From the NCBI GenBank assembly GCA_964016885.1, contig OZ024751.1, positions 31,744,001 through 31,808,000 of the forward strand: a DNA stretch of 64,000 bases, written 5' to 3'. The notes beneath the pieces were generated by a model that saw only the letters and a program-made list of their open reading frames with translations, was not told the origin of the DNA and ran no database searches. This stretch comes from Eledone cirrhosa. Its lineage: Eukaryota. Shown here in pieces: positions 19,301 through 33,500 of the stretch. A program made the position numbers and the translations under genes. Positions within the stretch are counted from its first letter, which is position 1. The number at the start of each line of letters is the position of its first letter.

Positions 19301-22300
19301 TAACGTCCATATTCCACGCTTGCATGGGTTTGGACAGGAGTTTTCCCACTTGAGGCAAGATTGGTTGTCTTGCTCGTGTAGGACTGTCTGGCGGGTTTTC
19401 TACGGCTGGATGCCCTTCCTAACACCAACCACGTTTACAGTGTGGACTGGGAGGTTTTTACCGTGTTACCTACACGGCCACATTACAGCGTGGACTGTGT
19501 GTTTTTTTTTCGTGACACCTACACGACCTCATTTATTTCGGACTGGATGTTGTGGTACCAACATAACTTTACATCGAAAGGGGTGGTGTGGATGGGGTGG
19601 GGGTAGTGGGATGGGGGATGTATTTTTGTTAGAGGTGCCTACTGACTGTAGGTTTCGCTTTGTACTTAGGCAAAGCGGGTCTTCTGTATTACTGTGTAGC
19701 GCCAAAGATCTCGGTCCAGGGACATTGTCTTGGAGAGGTGTAAGTGTGTGAGGTCGGAATTTATCAAGTCGTCCAAGGTTTTTCTGGGTCTGCCTACTCC
19801 GTGGCTACCGTCTATTTTTATCGCCCTGCACTTTTTTATACAGCTGTCGTCTTTCATGCGCATCATGTGACCATACCAACGTAGTCTTCTCTCGAGTAAA
19901 CAACATCTGATCCCTCTTATTTCTAATTTCTCCCTTAGTTCATTTATGCTTTGCTGTTCACGTATATTACTATTAAACATTCAACGGAGCATGCAAGCTT
20001 CGTTCCTCTCCAGTCTGTGTATATCCTCTGCACACAATGCCCAAGTCTCACTGCCATGTAACATTGCTGTTCGTATGCAGGCATCATACAGCCTGCCTTT
20101 CATTTTTAGAAAGAACCCTTTAGTGACCAATAGTGGTATAAGCTGTCTGAACTTTTTCCATCCCATTCTGACTCTAGGTATGAGAGTATTTTATCCAATT
20201 TCCCAAGCTATTAATTCTAGCAATTGACTTGTTACAGTTACTTTCTCTGTGTTTGGAATTGCTACTCTACTAGTTTGTATGATTGAATTATAAGTGAGAT
20301 TAAAGTAAATCTTACTTTTGTATTTACAGGATAGTGAAGTGGTAGCTGTTGAAGCTTTGTTTACCTACCATGGATCTGGTGTTTTACCTCACAGGTTTGT
20401 ATCTTCTGTTTTTTAACAAACACAGAGTAAATATTTAGTTTTTAGCTTTGTTGACTTTATAACCTCATATGTCATTTTCAGTTGACTTTATAACCCCATA
20501 TCATGACATTTTCTGTTGACTTTATAATCTCATATGTCATTTTCAGTTGACTTTATAATCTCATATCATGACATTTTCAGTTGACTTTATAACCCCGTAT
20601 CATGACATTTTTAGTTGACTTTAATAACCCCATATCATGACATTTTTAGTTGAATCGACAAAAAAGTTGTCTGACTAGCAATTGTTTTGTTTTTATCTGC
20701 CACTAAATTTAGTGTCCATTCAGCTGAAAATAAATACCAGCAGTAGCTAGGAGTTTAACCCTGTAAAGGACTAGCGTTCTGTCCAGGGGAGAGTCTTGTA
20801 CTCTCAGTAGCTTAATGGTGATGATGACAATGAATAATTTAACCAATTTTATTTTTAAGGTTGGCAATTCTATCCAATTTCCCAGAAACCACGTCACCAC
20901 GAGAATATAGTAATTTATTGCCTGAAGTTAGGTAGGTTTCTCTCTTTATTTTAATGATTATTGGTGTGATGTTTTATCAAACATACTGATATTTATCGAA
21001 CATACTGATATTAATTTATCAAACATTCTGATGTCATTTATCAGATATTCTGAAATCATTTATCAGATATTCTGATATCATTTATCAGACATACTAATAT
21101 CAAAAATTCTAATATTAATGTATCAAACATTCTAATATTAATGTATCAAACATTCTAATAGTAATGTATCAAATATTCTAATATTAATGTATCAAACATT
21201 TCAATATTAATTTATCAAACATTTCGATATTAATTTATCAAACATTTCGATATTAATTTATTAAACATTACGATATTAATTTATCAAACATTCTGATATC
21301 ATTTATCAAACATACTGATATCAATGTATGAAGCATTCTGATGTTAATGCATCAAACATTTCAATATTAATGTATTAAACATTCTGATATTAAAGTATCA
21401 AACATTTTGATATTTTTAGTAAAAGAAAATTTTTAACAAGAGAATTATTATTTTTCTTCCCTGATGTAGTCCAAATGGTATGATGTTTCCATGGGAAGAG
21501 GATCGCTGGAGAGATGATGATTGGTGTGAAGCTGATGATTGCAGGTAAATCACAACACCTACCTTCTAATATTTCATCTTCTCTTGACCTCACACACACA
21601 CATATGCAGGCGCACATGGACATAGGCATATGCATGCACACATGATCACACACACACACATACATACACACATGCACACACACACAGATGAATGGTAGAA
21701 GATGATGGGAATATAATGAGTGAAGAATGTGAAAAGAAATGGAATGAGATGGCTAGGTCATGTGTTGAGGAAGGATGAAAGTGACTGTGTGAGAGGAATG
21801 GTGGTAATGAATTTGGAAGGAAGTAGAGCAAGAGAATGACCAAGAAAGACATGGCTAAAGATGATGGTGAGAGTGAGGATGCAGGCAATATGTAAAAGTG
21901 GAGAAGCTTGTCACAGGGTCTACAAGTTTAACTCTTACTTTAGCAGGAAAGAGGGCCTTAAAATAATTATTGCTCTTGTTGTTGTCACTGTTGTTGTTAG
22001 CTTTTTCAAAATTACATATATATATTTACTATTTCAGGCAAGCTGTTGACATCCACCATTATGACGTAGAACTTAATTTATATGAAGAATATCCAAATTT
22101 ACTGAAGTACCAGTAAGTAACCTACATTTCTAACAGTTTGAAGTACTGTGGTTTATATCTCACTTTGACACACTGGTACAGTGGTAATCTTACCTTGACA
22201 CACTTGTACAGTGGTATATCTCACCTAGACCCACCTGTACAGTGGTATATCTCTATAGAGCTATGTCTCACTTGAATACTATTTGTTATACAGTGGTATC

Positions 22301-23570
22301 TCTCACTTGTATTCTGTTTGTTATTCAGAGGTATAGCTCACCATGAGTCAATGCTGACACAATGGTATTCAGAGAGGGCATGTGAGATTGAACTAGAATC
22401 TCGGATGGTTGATAATTCCGTTGAACTCATCCAAATTGGAATTGAACGAGGAGTTCCAGTAAGTGAATTATTTACACACATTTTCACTCTTAACATCCTG
22501 TAATGGTTTAGTAGAAAATATCTAACAACAAGATTAATTCAAATATTTATAGTAGCTTTACTAGTGGACAGATTGTTGTGAAAATTTGCAATAAACTAAA
22601 GACTTTAATTATTAATCTGTTAATTAATTTGAATATATTTGCCTAAAATCATATAATTTTCTTTTAATTAATTTGTATATATTTGCATAAAAATCATATC
22701 ATTTTCTCAGTTAATTGATTTATATATATTTTGGTTTGTTTGTCAGGGTTTGGAGGACCTGGTGAATGATTTACTCACTATGGACTGTCTCGTCTATGAC
22801 TGTCATATTGGCTGTGAATTGTCTTTCAAAGAGATACAAAACATGTCAAATATTCAAAAGGCACATCTCCTCATGAGCAAGGTCAGTATTCTCTACAATT
22901 TTCCGTATTCTGTTATGGACAACATCGATTTTCCATTACCAAGTCCATCCTGTAAAGTGGTAGTGCTGGTACCACAACAAAAAGTACCCAGTCCACCCTG
23001 TAAGGTAGTAGTGCTGGTACCATAATGAAATCCCACAGTTCATCTTGTAAGATGATAGTGTTGGTGCTATGACAATAAGGACCAAGTCCACTCTGTAAAG
23101 TTGTAGCAGGAAGATGGTATATCTTCAACATAGCTAAAGTCCTCCTGACCCTTTGTTTGACAGGTTTTCTATAGCTGGATGCCCTTCCTATCACCAAGTG
23201 TCAGGAATCAATATGTATAGTTGTTATTACTCAACCATATTGTCTCGTCTTTCAGTCTTCTGTTGAAAAATACATAAAAAACATCTACAGCTGGTTGATT
23301 CCTTTTCTGAAGAGATGTGAACAAAACGACCCTCATGCCTATATGAACTTACTCAAGCAGTATTTGATGGACATTGCTAAAGAGGATTTAACCTTGCCTC
23401 TCAAAGTATTTGAAGCATCAAAATCAAATGTAAGTAGTTTTTACTCATCAAATTATAGAATGTATTCAACAAACAAATATTATTTACTCACCAGGATTTC
23501 GTCCTGAGTTTTTTTCAAATTGACTTTGAGAAATCTACTATTGTACTGTGGTTGCATAAAAACAAGGACG

Positions 23571-23604
<34 letters not shown>

Positions 23605-26467
23605 GTGTGTGTATGTATATATGTGTGTGTGTATGTATATATGTGTGTATGTATATATCTCATCATCATATATATATATATATATATATATAGCTCTCTA
23701 CATACAAATAGTTTTATATTTTTACCCTTGCTACATGTATATATGTTATTATATATTTCTATTACAGTTGTCTACTCAAATTATTAGCAACCCTGCTGAT
23801 AAAATACAAATGGCTGTCGATGTTATTTACATTTGTGAATGGTAAGTGGGAAATTCAATTATCTTAATTAAAATAAGTAAGTTAATTTGGAATTTATTTA
23901 TTTAATAGGCCATTCGGTCAGTTGTTAATGCTGCCTTATATCTTATTGAAAGGAGTCTTTTAAGAATTGTATATCTGGTCTAGTTACCTTGTGTAGCAGA
24001 GACCAATACTTATACTAGACCTGAAAAATGCGCAAGCTCAAAAGAGCCACAGAATGTTATAATAAACCTTCAAAGTGTGAGACTAGAGTTGTTGCTCAAA
24101 AATATTGTAATCATTATCTATCGTACACTCTGTGGCATCCTTTTATAAAAAAAGAGACTCATAACGAACTCAAGACGACACAATAATTATTTAAGCTAAT
24201 GTTCAATATCTCATATTAGATGTTTAGTAATGATTAATACGAAATGCACTTAAACCGAATTCTATATTATAAATTCACTTAAATAATTATCGTGTCATCT
24301 TGAGTTCATTATGAGTCTCTTTTTTATAAAAGGATGCCACATGAGTGTACGATAGATAATGATTACAATATTTTTGAGCAACAACTCTAGTCTCACACTT
24401 TTGAAGGTTTATTATAACATTCTGTGGCTCTTTTGAGCTTGCGCATTTTCCAGGTCTAGTTTAATATTTTTTTAAAGCAACGCTTGTAATAACTCTAGTT
24501 AAACATGATATATATTAATAATAAATTATCGTTGTAATGTAATTATATTATATAATTGTTATTTTATAAATGATCTTATAAATATTATTGTAAGATGTAT
24601 AAAAATATTTTCAGACTTTTAATATAAACAACTACAAAAAACAATCAATAAATATATTTTACATAATAATTGTTATAGTTGAATTAATAAAAATTAAATA
24701 TTACATACAAATAGTCTAACATAATAATAATAAAATAATCTAACATAAAACGAACAATAATATAGACAAAGTAAATATGATACAACCAATATTATAAGCA
24801 TGTTATAACGAACTGAAAAAAAAAAAATATAAATTAACAATATAACTTACCAAAATGAGAAAAATATTTTGGTAATAAACGGCGAAATACAGGAGGAAGA
24901 TTCGAAAGTGAAACGATAAATAAACGTGCAAACAAAGTGGCGGATGCTTTTGAGCAACAATTATTCTCATTGGTTGATTAGCCAATAAGACGATGAAATT
25001 AGCCAATAAGACGATATATTACAAAAGATGTTTGGCAGGGATCACCACGGCCAGCGAAACCCCTTGAATTTTTTATTCACAAGCTACGCATATATGTCAG
25101 ACATGCAGACTTAAAACATTCTGTTGTTAGTCACTGCGTGTCTAACAGATATCACAAACACTGGTTGTATATATCTGGTCTAGTGACCAATACCTATATT
25201 CCACAAGCACTTATCATATATATCTGGTTTAGTTATGTTCCAATCTATTTTCTCTCCTATTTTCAGTGATGACCAAATCAGCAAAGCAGAAAGTATAGTC
25301 AAATGTCTTCCAAATAAAATTCAGGGGTGAGTTAATCTATGCTTTCTGATATTATTATTATCATCATCATTATCATTTAACGACTGGCACTTCCAGTTAG
25401 TTCTTTGTTTTTTTTCCCTTCCTTTAAATCATCAACGTTTAGCATTTAATTTTTTTCATTTTCTATTATAGATCAGGATCTTATATACAGGATCTCTATA
25501 AACAGAAAGAACGCTTAGAAAGCCACATATGGTATGTATTTTTTTCATAATAGGGGTGTATATGATATGTTTATGTATAATAAACATATGTGTCTTGCTG
25601 TGATCATGTCACAGCTATCTCAGTGGCAATGTGAATACCAGATAGATATTTCTGGATTGTTATCCATCATCAATGACATTTACTTGGTAATGGGGCCACA
25701 GATTGCTTACATACATTCTGTGGTTCTCACATGGTTTTTACAGCCAGATGCCCTTCTTAATGCCAACCACTTCACACTATGTACTGGGTGTGTTTTATGG
25801 CACTAACACCTAACTATGTAGACTGGGTGCATTTTATTGTAGCAACATCACTACACACACACACACACACACAGACAGACTCTCTCTCTCTCTACAAATC
25901 ATACATAGTGGTAATAAACTCTCAGGAGAGGTGGACAGCAAAAGGTCTTCAGAGAAGAAACCCTACTTAAACGAGTGTTTTGGCCCTTAATTTCTGTGTG
26001 TTATGCTATATGGAGATTTTGTTGACAGGATCTACCTGGAATTCTCTGTTGCCTTTGCTATCAAACTTATATTTAGATGTTTTCTTGAATTTGAAAAATA
26101 ACATTGGTTGTTTGTTACATAATATTTAGGTTTAGTTGTTTTGTTTATAACATAATTTTTGTGTATAAATATATCTGGTGTCAAATATACTTATAGCTCT
26201 TGTGTTATATTTGTGCCAAATATGCCAATATATATATTTACTTACTTCATCAATTTCAGGGCTGCCAAGATTTTTGAAGAAAATGGTTTAAAACAAACCA
26301 TTTATTCGATTAAGATGTCACAGGTAAATTTTCTTGATTTGGTATTTTGTATCAATAAATTAAATTTATGCATATATCCACAGACATGGCCACATACATG
26401 CATCACTGCCATCATCATCATAATATATACACACGCATATATATCATCATAATATACACTCATGCAC

Positions 26468-26503
<36 letters not shown>

Positions 26504-27450
26504 GGAGATCTGGATAGAAGTGATGAGAGCAGATCTCATAATGCTTAACTTCACAGAAATGACAAAGGATTGCAATAAATGGAGGGTGGGTAGGAACAAT
26601 ACCTGAACAATACCTGTCTAACCCATGCAAGCATGGATAAATGGACATAGAAGGATGATGATAATATATATATCATCATCATTGTTGTTTTAACATCTAC
26701 TTTCTCTGCTAGCAATGGTCCATATAGACAATATTGAAGCGCTAACACTGATCTCCAAGGCAAGCCAGGGATCTGTGCGCTTATGTATGGTCTCATGTTC
26801 CATTGAGTGCTCAGGAGAGGTTGCCATGCCCTTGACATGATTGTAGTCTTCTCCAGACCCTTTGTCTGGCAAGTTTTCTATGGCTTGATATCCTTCTTAT
26901 CACCAACCACTTTACAGCATGTACTGGGTGTGTTTATCATGTAAATCACCAACACTAGGGAGGCTGCCATATCTATGCATGTCTGAAATCATTTCCTGCT
27001 CTTATATATATATATATATATATTTACTCATATATATATATATGTTTACTCAGCTGTAGAAATGAGATGATAGGGACTGGGGTCCCTATCATTCCACTGC
27101 AAAGTGGTCGTGGAGGTGCCATGGCAAAAAAGCACCCAGCCCACACTGTAAAGTGGTCGTGGAGGTGCCATGGAAAATAAGCACCCAGCACTCACTGTAA
27201 ATGAGGTTGGTGTTAGGAAGGGCATCCAGCTGTAGAAATCAAGCCAGAATCAGTTCCCGTCCCACCCTTGCAAGCAGGGAAAAAGCGGACGTAAAATGAA
27301 ATGAAATGAAATTATATATATATATATCAGTAGTCAATATGGCAGAGCTGTTAGAATGTTGATATTTGTTCCAATCACTGTTCTGAATTCAAATCCCATA
27401 AAGGTCTACTTTTGGGGCCAATAAAGAAAGTACCAAACTACTATTGGTTC

Positions 27451-27501
<51 letters not shown>

Positions 27502-28087
27502 GTTGTCACATCCTGGATATTCTACTGGATCAAGGGATTGAGAAGACCAGGAGAGTGTCTGTCTGCTCGCTACGGCCTAACCACTTAAAACCCTTAGCGA
27601 AAGCCTGGTATATTCTACAAAGTCATACTCGATTGTGAATGATGCTACATTGATTTCTGTAATATATTGTTATCTGTTTGTAGGAATCAGAAACAGCAGC
27701 CCGGAATATGTTAGTGAAACTCACACGAGCAGCTGGCAGAAGGTAAGTGTTGCTACCTACTACTACTTTGATATTGAAAACAGCTGCTTTAAAGTTTCAC
27801 CAATTAATTTGGGAATGGGGAAACAGGTGACTTGATCTTTTAAAAATAAATGTTATAATTATACAAGTGGAAGCTTGAATTAGAGGAGAAAGTGCGTGAG
27901 ACAATGTTAGACTATTTTAAATGGTCATTTTGTTGTACCTCTAGAAAAAAAGCATAGGTTTCTACATTTGGTGTCCTGCAACCAATTCATGGTTAATGCT
28001 TGCTGTAAGGCAACCACAAAGATACTTGTTTGAATGTCTAGTGTTAACTCTAAAATATGCCTCAACAATTGATGGTTAAAGGATTGG

Positions 28088-28129
<42 letters not shown>

Positions 28130-30481
28130 CTTTCGGTACCTAGGTGATCAGATTAGCATGGGAGGGGAGGGGGTTCTGAGGCTATAGTATCTAGAATGAC
28201 GGGTTGGAAGAAGTTTAGGGAGCTGCTTCCTCTGCTGACGAAGAAGAGGTTCTCTCTGCGTACAAAAGGCCGGTTATATGATGCCTGTGTGAGGTGCGCG
28301 ATGCTGCATGGTAGTTAGACATGGGCAGCAACTGCAGAGGATATGCGACAGCTGGAGAGAAATGAGGCAAGCATGCTCCGTTGGATGTGCAATGTCAATG
28401 TGCGTGAACGGCTGAGCATCGCTGTGTTGAGAGGGATAAATTGTGCGGGAGAGGAGACTGCGATGGTATGGACATGTGATGTGCATGGAGGATGACCAAT
28501 GGGTGAAGAAATGCCAGTTGAAGGAAGACGTAGTAGAGGAAGACCACAAAAAACATGGGCGGAGGTGGTGAGAACAGACCTCAGATCGCTGAAGCTCACG
28601 GTGGAGATGACGAAGGACCGTGACGAGTGGAGAGATGGTGTGCTGAATAGGACCCGTCCCACTCTTGCAAGCAGGGAAAAGCGGACGTAAAATGATGATG
28701 ATGATAGTTACAAATATTTTTTATTTCTATTATAACAGGCTGAATGAGTTGTGTGCCAGAACACAACAAAACTTAAGTACCTGATTATATCACTGTTGCA
28801 ACTATTTATACTAAACTCATCCTTTGGACTGAGTGCTCTTACCTTTGGATAATTCTACTTGTACTACAGTGTGTATATATATATATATATAGTTAGTGTT
28901 AGGAATGCTGTTGGTTTATTTTACATACTACGTATATATATTTTCTAGGACCCCAAGTTTAAATGATAAAGGCTGGATTACTTTACATACTAATGTCATG
29001 CACTTACAAGAGAAACTTTTCAGCCAAATCAGCCAAGCTGAAACATTAGAAGTAAGTTATATTTTGACTGTTTTTGTCATTACTTGAACTTTTCCACCTG
29101 CTTCAGTGGAACTCCATTCACACGTAGAGTTCACTGCGCAGGCTTCCTTGAAAGGACGAGTGTCTCAGTTTACGCAACACTGATTTTCATTCTGGCGATG
29201 CACCACTTGGCATTAAACCTATCAATTGCAAGTCGGAGATCACCTTCTGTTGAGTTAAGTAATGCAGTGTCGTCTGCAAATTCCAGCCGACTGATTTTAC
29301 ACTTGTCAGTCATAATACCACTTTTAACTTGGCTGTGAATGTCAATCCTGTTCATCAAAATAATGAAGAAGAACCTTCTAGAGTATATCTGTTATTACTT
29401 TCTAGAATATAACTGTCAACTTTACCCGATCTCGAGGGTTACTATACCCGATCTTGAGGGTTACTTTACCTGATCTCCAGGGTTACTATACCTGATCTCC
29501 AGGGTTACTTTACCTGATCTCCAGGGTTACTTTACCTGATCTCCAGGGTTACTATACCTGATCTCCAGGGTTACTATACCTGATCTCCAGGGTTACTATA
29601 CCTGATCTCCAGGGTTACTATACCCGATGTCCAGAGTTACTATACCCGATCTTGAGGGTTACTATACCCGATCTTGAGGGTTACTTTACCCGATCTTGAG
29701 GGTTACTATACCCGATCTCGAGGGTTACTATACCTGATCTCGAAGGTTACTATACCCGATCTCCAGGGTTACTATACCCGATCTCCAGGTTTTCTCAATC
29801 TCATTATTTATATTGATCGGCTATTATGATGGTCATTTTCGTTGGGACAAAATTGTTTCATGTCTTAAAAGAATATTTAATGAGGCAGTATATTTCTTGA
29901 CAGATCTTCGTAGCAAGTCTACTGTGCTCCAGCAATTTGGATACGATCAGTTTGGCAAAAAAATACATCACAAAGAAACACAATGACATGAAATCAACCC
30001 AACATGGTGATGTTGTTGTGAAGGTATCATTTGAAGGAAGTGTAAAACTTGTTCTGGCAGCATCCCAGGAATATTTCAATTCTGCTCTTGATCTCTCTCA
30101 TTTTTCTATGGAAATGGCTCAGTAAGTATCATGGATGTCTTCTTACTATTATAAAAAAAGCAGGCTGTCTTAATATCATGTGGCTTATGTCTTTTTACTA
30201 TTATAAAAAACAGTATGATTTAGTATCATGTGGCTTACGTCTTCTTACTATTATAAAAAAAAGGGTTTGTTTTAATTTTTAATAATTTGTTATGACTTAT
30301 GTATATATCTCCCTTTGTAGATCCTGCCTGAATTTGATAGAAGAACCTTCTGAAGTCATTCAAGAAGAATTAGATTTAATTGAAGCATTATCAATTCTTG
30401 GAGAATTTGAAATCAGTGTCCTACCTCTACAAAGTCAGTTTACTTTTAACTTTTTATATATCTTTAGCTGCATTGTCTAAC

Positions 30482-30523
<42 letters not shown>

Positions 30524-33500
30524 GAAAACTAGGTGTTGATGAATGGCTTGTGAGAGCTATACAAGCCATGTATAAAGAAACAGCCAGCAAGGTTAGAATT
30601 AACAACGAATATAGTGAAGAGTTTAGCGTAAAAGTTGGTGTTCATCAGGGCTCCGTCCTTAGCCCCCTACTATTTATTATTGCCCTTCAGACTATAACAG
30701 AGGAGTTCAAGACCGGCTGCCCATGGGAACTCCTATATGCAGATGATCTAACGCTCATAGCTGAATCAATGGCTGAACTAGAGAAGAAATTCCAAACATG
30801 GAAGCATGGCCTAGAATCAAAAGGCCTTAAAGTTAACTTGTCTAAGACTAAAGTTCTAGTTTGTAGGAAGGAAAATAGGGCACCGGTCCCATCTGGGAAA
30901 TGGCCATGCTCAGTGTGTAGGAAAGGAGTAGGTAGAAACTCCATTTTATGTCCCAAATGCAAAGTATGGGTACATAAAAGATGTAGTGGGATCACAGGTA
31001 AACTATCTAAGAATATAGATTTTATATGTGGCCGGTGCTCTGGTGCAATAAGTAGCAGCAAGTGCCCACAGAATACTAACTCGTTCCATTGCACAGGTGG
31101 TTCTATAGAAATAGTGGACAGCTTCCGTTACTTGGGTGATAAAATCAGCAGGGGGGAGGGTGCTCTGAAAGTACAGTAGCTAGAGCCAGAACGGGTTGGA
31201 AAAAGTTGAGAGAGCTTATACCACTATTGGCCGCTAAAGGGTTCTCTCTAAAAATGAAGGGCAGGCTGTATGATGCCTGCATACGAACAGCAATGTTACA
31301 TGGCAGTGAGACCTGGGCATTGTGTGCAGAGGATATATGCAGACTGGAGAGAAACGAAGCTTGCATGCTCCGCTGGATGTGTAATAGTAACATACGTGAA
31401 CGGCAAAGCATAAACGAACTAAGGGAAAAATTAGGAATAAGAGGGATCAGATATTGTTTACTCGAGAGAAGACTACGTTGGTATGGTCATGTGATGCGCA
31501 TGAAAGACGACAGCTGTGTAAAAAAGTGCAGGGCAATAAAAATAGACGGTAGCCACGGAGTAGGCAGACCCAGAAAAACCTGGGACGACTTGATAAATTC
31601 CGACCTCACACACTTACACCTCTCCAAGACAATGTCACTGGACCGAGAGCTTTGGCGCTACACAGTAATAGAGAAGACCCGCCTTACCTAAGTACAAAGT
31701 GAAACCTACTACAATCAGTAGGCACCTCTAACAAAATACACCCCGTCCCACTACCCACACCCCATCCACACCACCCCTTCAATGTAAAGTTATGTTGGTG
31801 TCACAACATCCAGCCCGAAACAAATGAGGTCGTGTAGGTGTCACGACAAAAAAAACACACAGTCCACGCTGTAATGTGGCCGTGTAGGCAACACGGTAAA
31901 AACCTCCCAGTTCCACACTGTAAATGTGGTTGGTGTTAGGAAGGGCATCCAGCCGTAGAAAACCCGCCAGGCAGTCCTATGCGAGCAAGACAACCACTCT
32001 TGCCTCAAGTGTGAAAACCCCCATCCAAACCCATGCAAGCGTGGAACACGGACGCTAAACCTTGATGATGATGATGATGATGATAACTCTTTAAAATTTA
32101 CACATAAAAACATACATACACACACTGCATTTCCTATATCAGTCAAATTGCTACAATAAGAAGTACACTTTCCAATCACAAGGTCCTGGGTTCTAACTCT
32201 ATATTTTTCCATGTAAATAGTTATTTCTCCAAAGTTACACATACATTTAATCCTAAATTACATTTGTACAGGGTGGACTAGGTGCTTGTCAAACCAGTGT
32301 TTGAAAAATAATTTAACAAAATGTTCAGACATAAAATTATCATGGAACATTTTAATTTAAGAACATTTTTAAACAAGCAATTTTGCATCACAGATCCAGA
32401 GTCTGTACCAAGTGACTAGTTATCAAAAGGATTAAAGTGACATAGAATATATATATATATATATATATATAATAACTAGAAATTGATTAACATATATATA
32501 AACATGAATAATCACAGGAGATAATTTTTACAAGTGTGTAACCACACATAGCTAGGTAGGTAACTAAATAAAGTTGACCAGAACTTCAAAAAGTGATTAT
32601 TCATGTTTATATATATGTTAATCAATTTCTAGTTATTATAATATGCTCGGACCTACTCGTTAGAATCTTAGAGCTTATTTTCCGGGTGATATGGCGCATG
32701 TCTTTCTGGCATGACACCCATAATTTTGATTTGGATTAAATTCATTTAATTTATCTTAATTTTGGATATATATATATATATATCATCATCATCATTTAAC
32801 GTCCATATTCCACGCTTGCATGGGTTTGGACGGGGGGTTTCCCACTTGAGGCAAGAGTGGTTGTCTTGCTCGCATAGGACTGCCTGGCGGGTTTTCTACG
32901 GCTGGATGCCCTTCCTAACACCAACCACATTTACAGTGTGGAACTGGGAGCAATGTGAAATAAAGTGTCTTGCTCAAGAAAACAACACATCACCCGGTCT
33001 GAGAATTGAACTCACAACCTTTCGATTGCAAGGCCAATGCTCTAACCACTAAACCATGTGCCACCAATTATATATATATATATATTTCGATTGCAAGGCC
33101 AATGCTCTAACCACTAAGCCATGTGCCTCCAATCTATATATATAAAACTGTGGTTGTCTGTCTGTCTATCGACTTTTGGCACACATCTCCTCTTAGAATC
33201 TCTCACGGAATTGCACCGAAATTGCTATACTTGTACATTGAGCCCTAGCGAAGACATCGGAAAAAAAAAAATTTCAAATTGACCCGCCCTATGTGACGAA
33301 ATCGAATATAATGTATCGATTTTTGAGCGTAAGTTATCAGTTATTTCCCTTTGTTCTGTTTACATTGAGCGTCTTACGTAAAAAATTACGCTGGCTTTAA
33401 CAGTTGTCGAGCCAGCAAAATAATGACCTGCAAAATTCATCAGTTCGAACACTAAGCTTCCCTTTTGCTTCATTTCCATTTAAAAGCATTTTAAAACAAT

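Noticed and set aside
32990-33066. tRNA gene
   Set aside because: A/B boxes are present but continue into SINE body and LINE tail, and no complete cloverleaf is evident. The same applies to the other tRNA-like heads.
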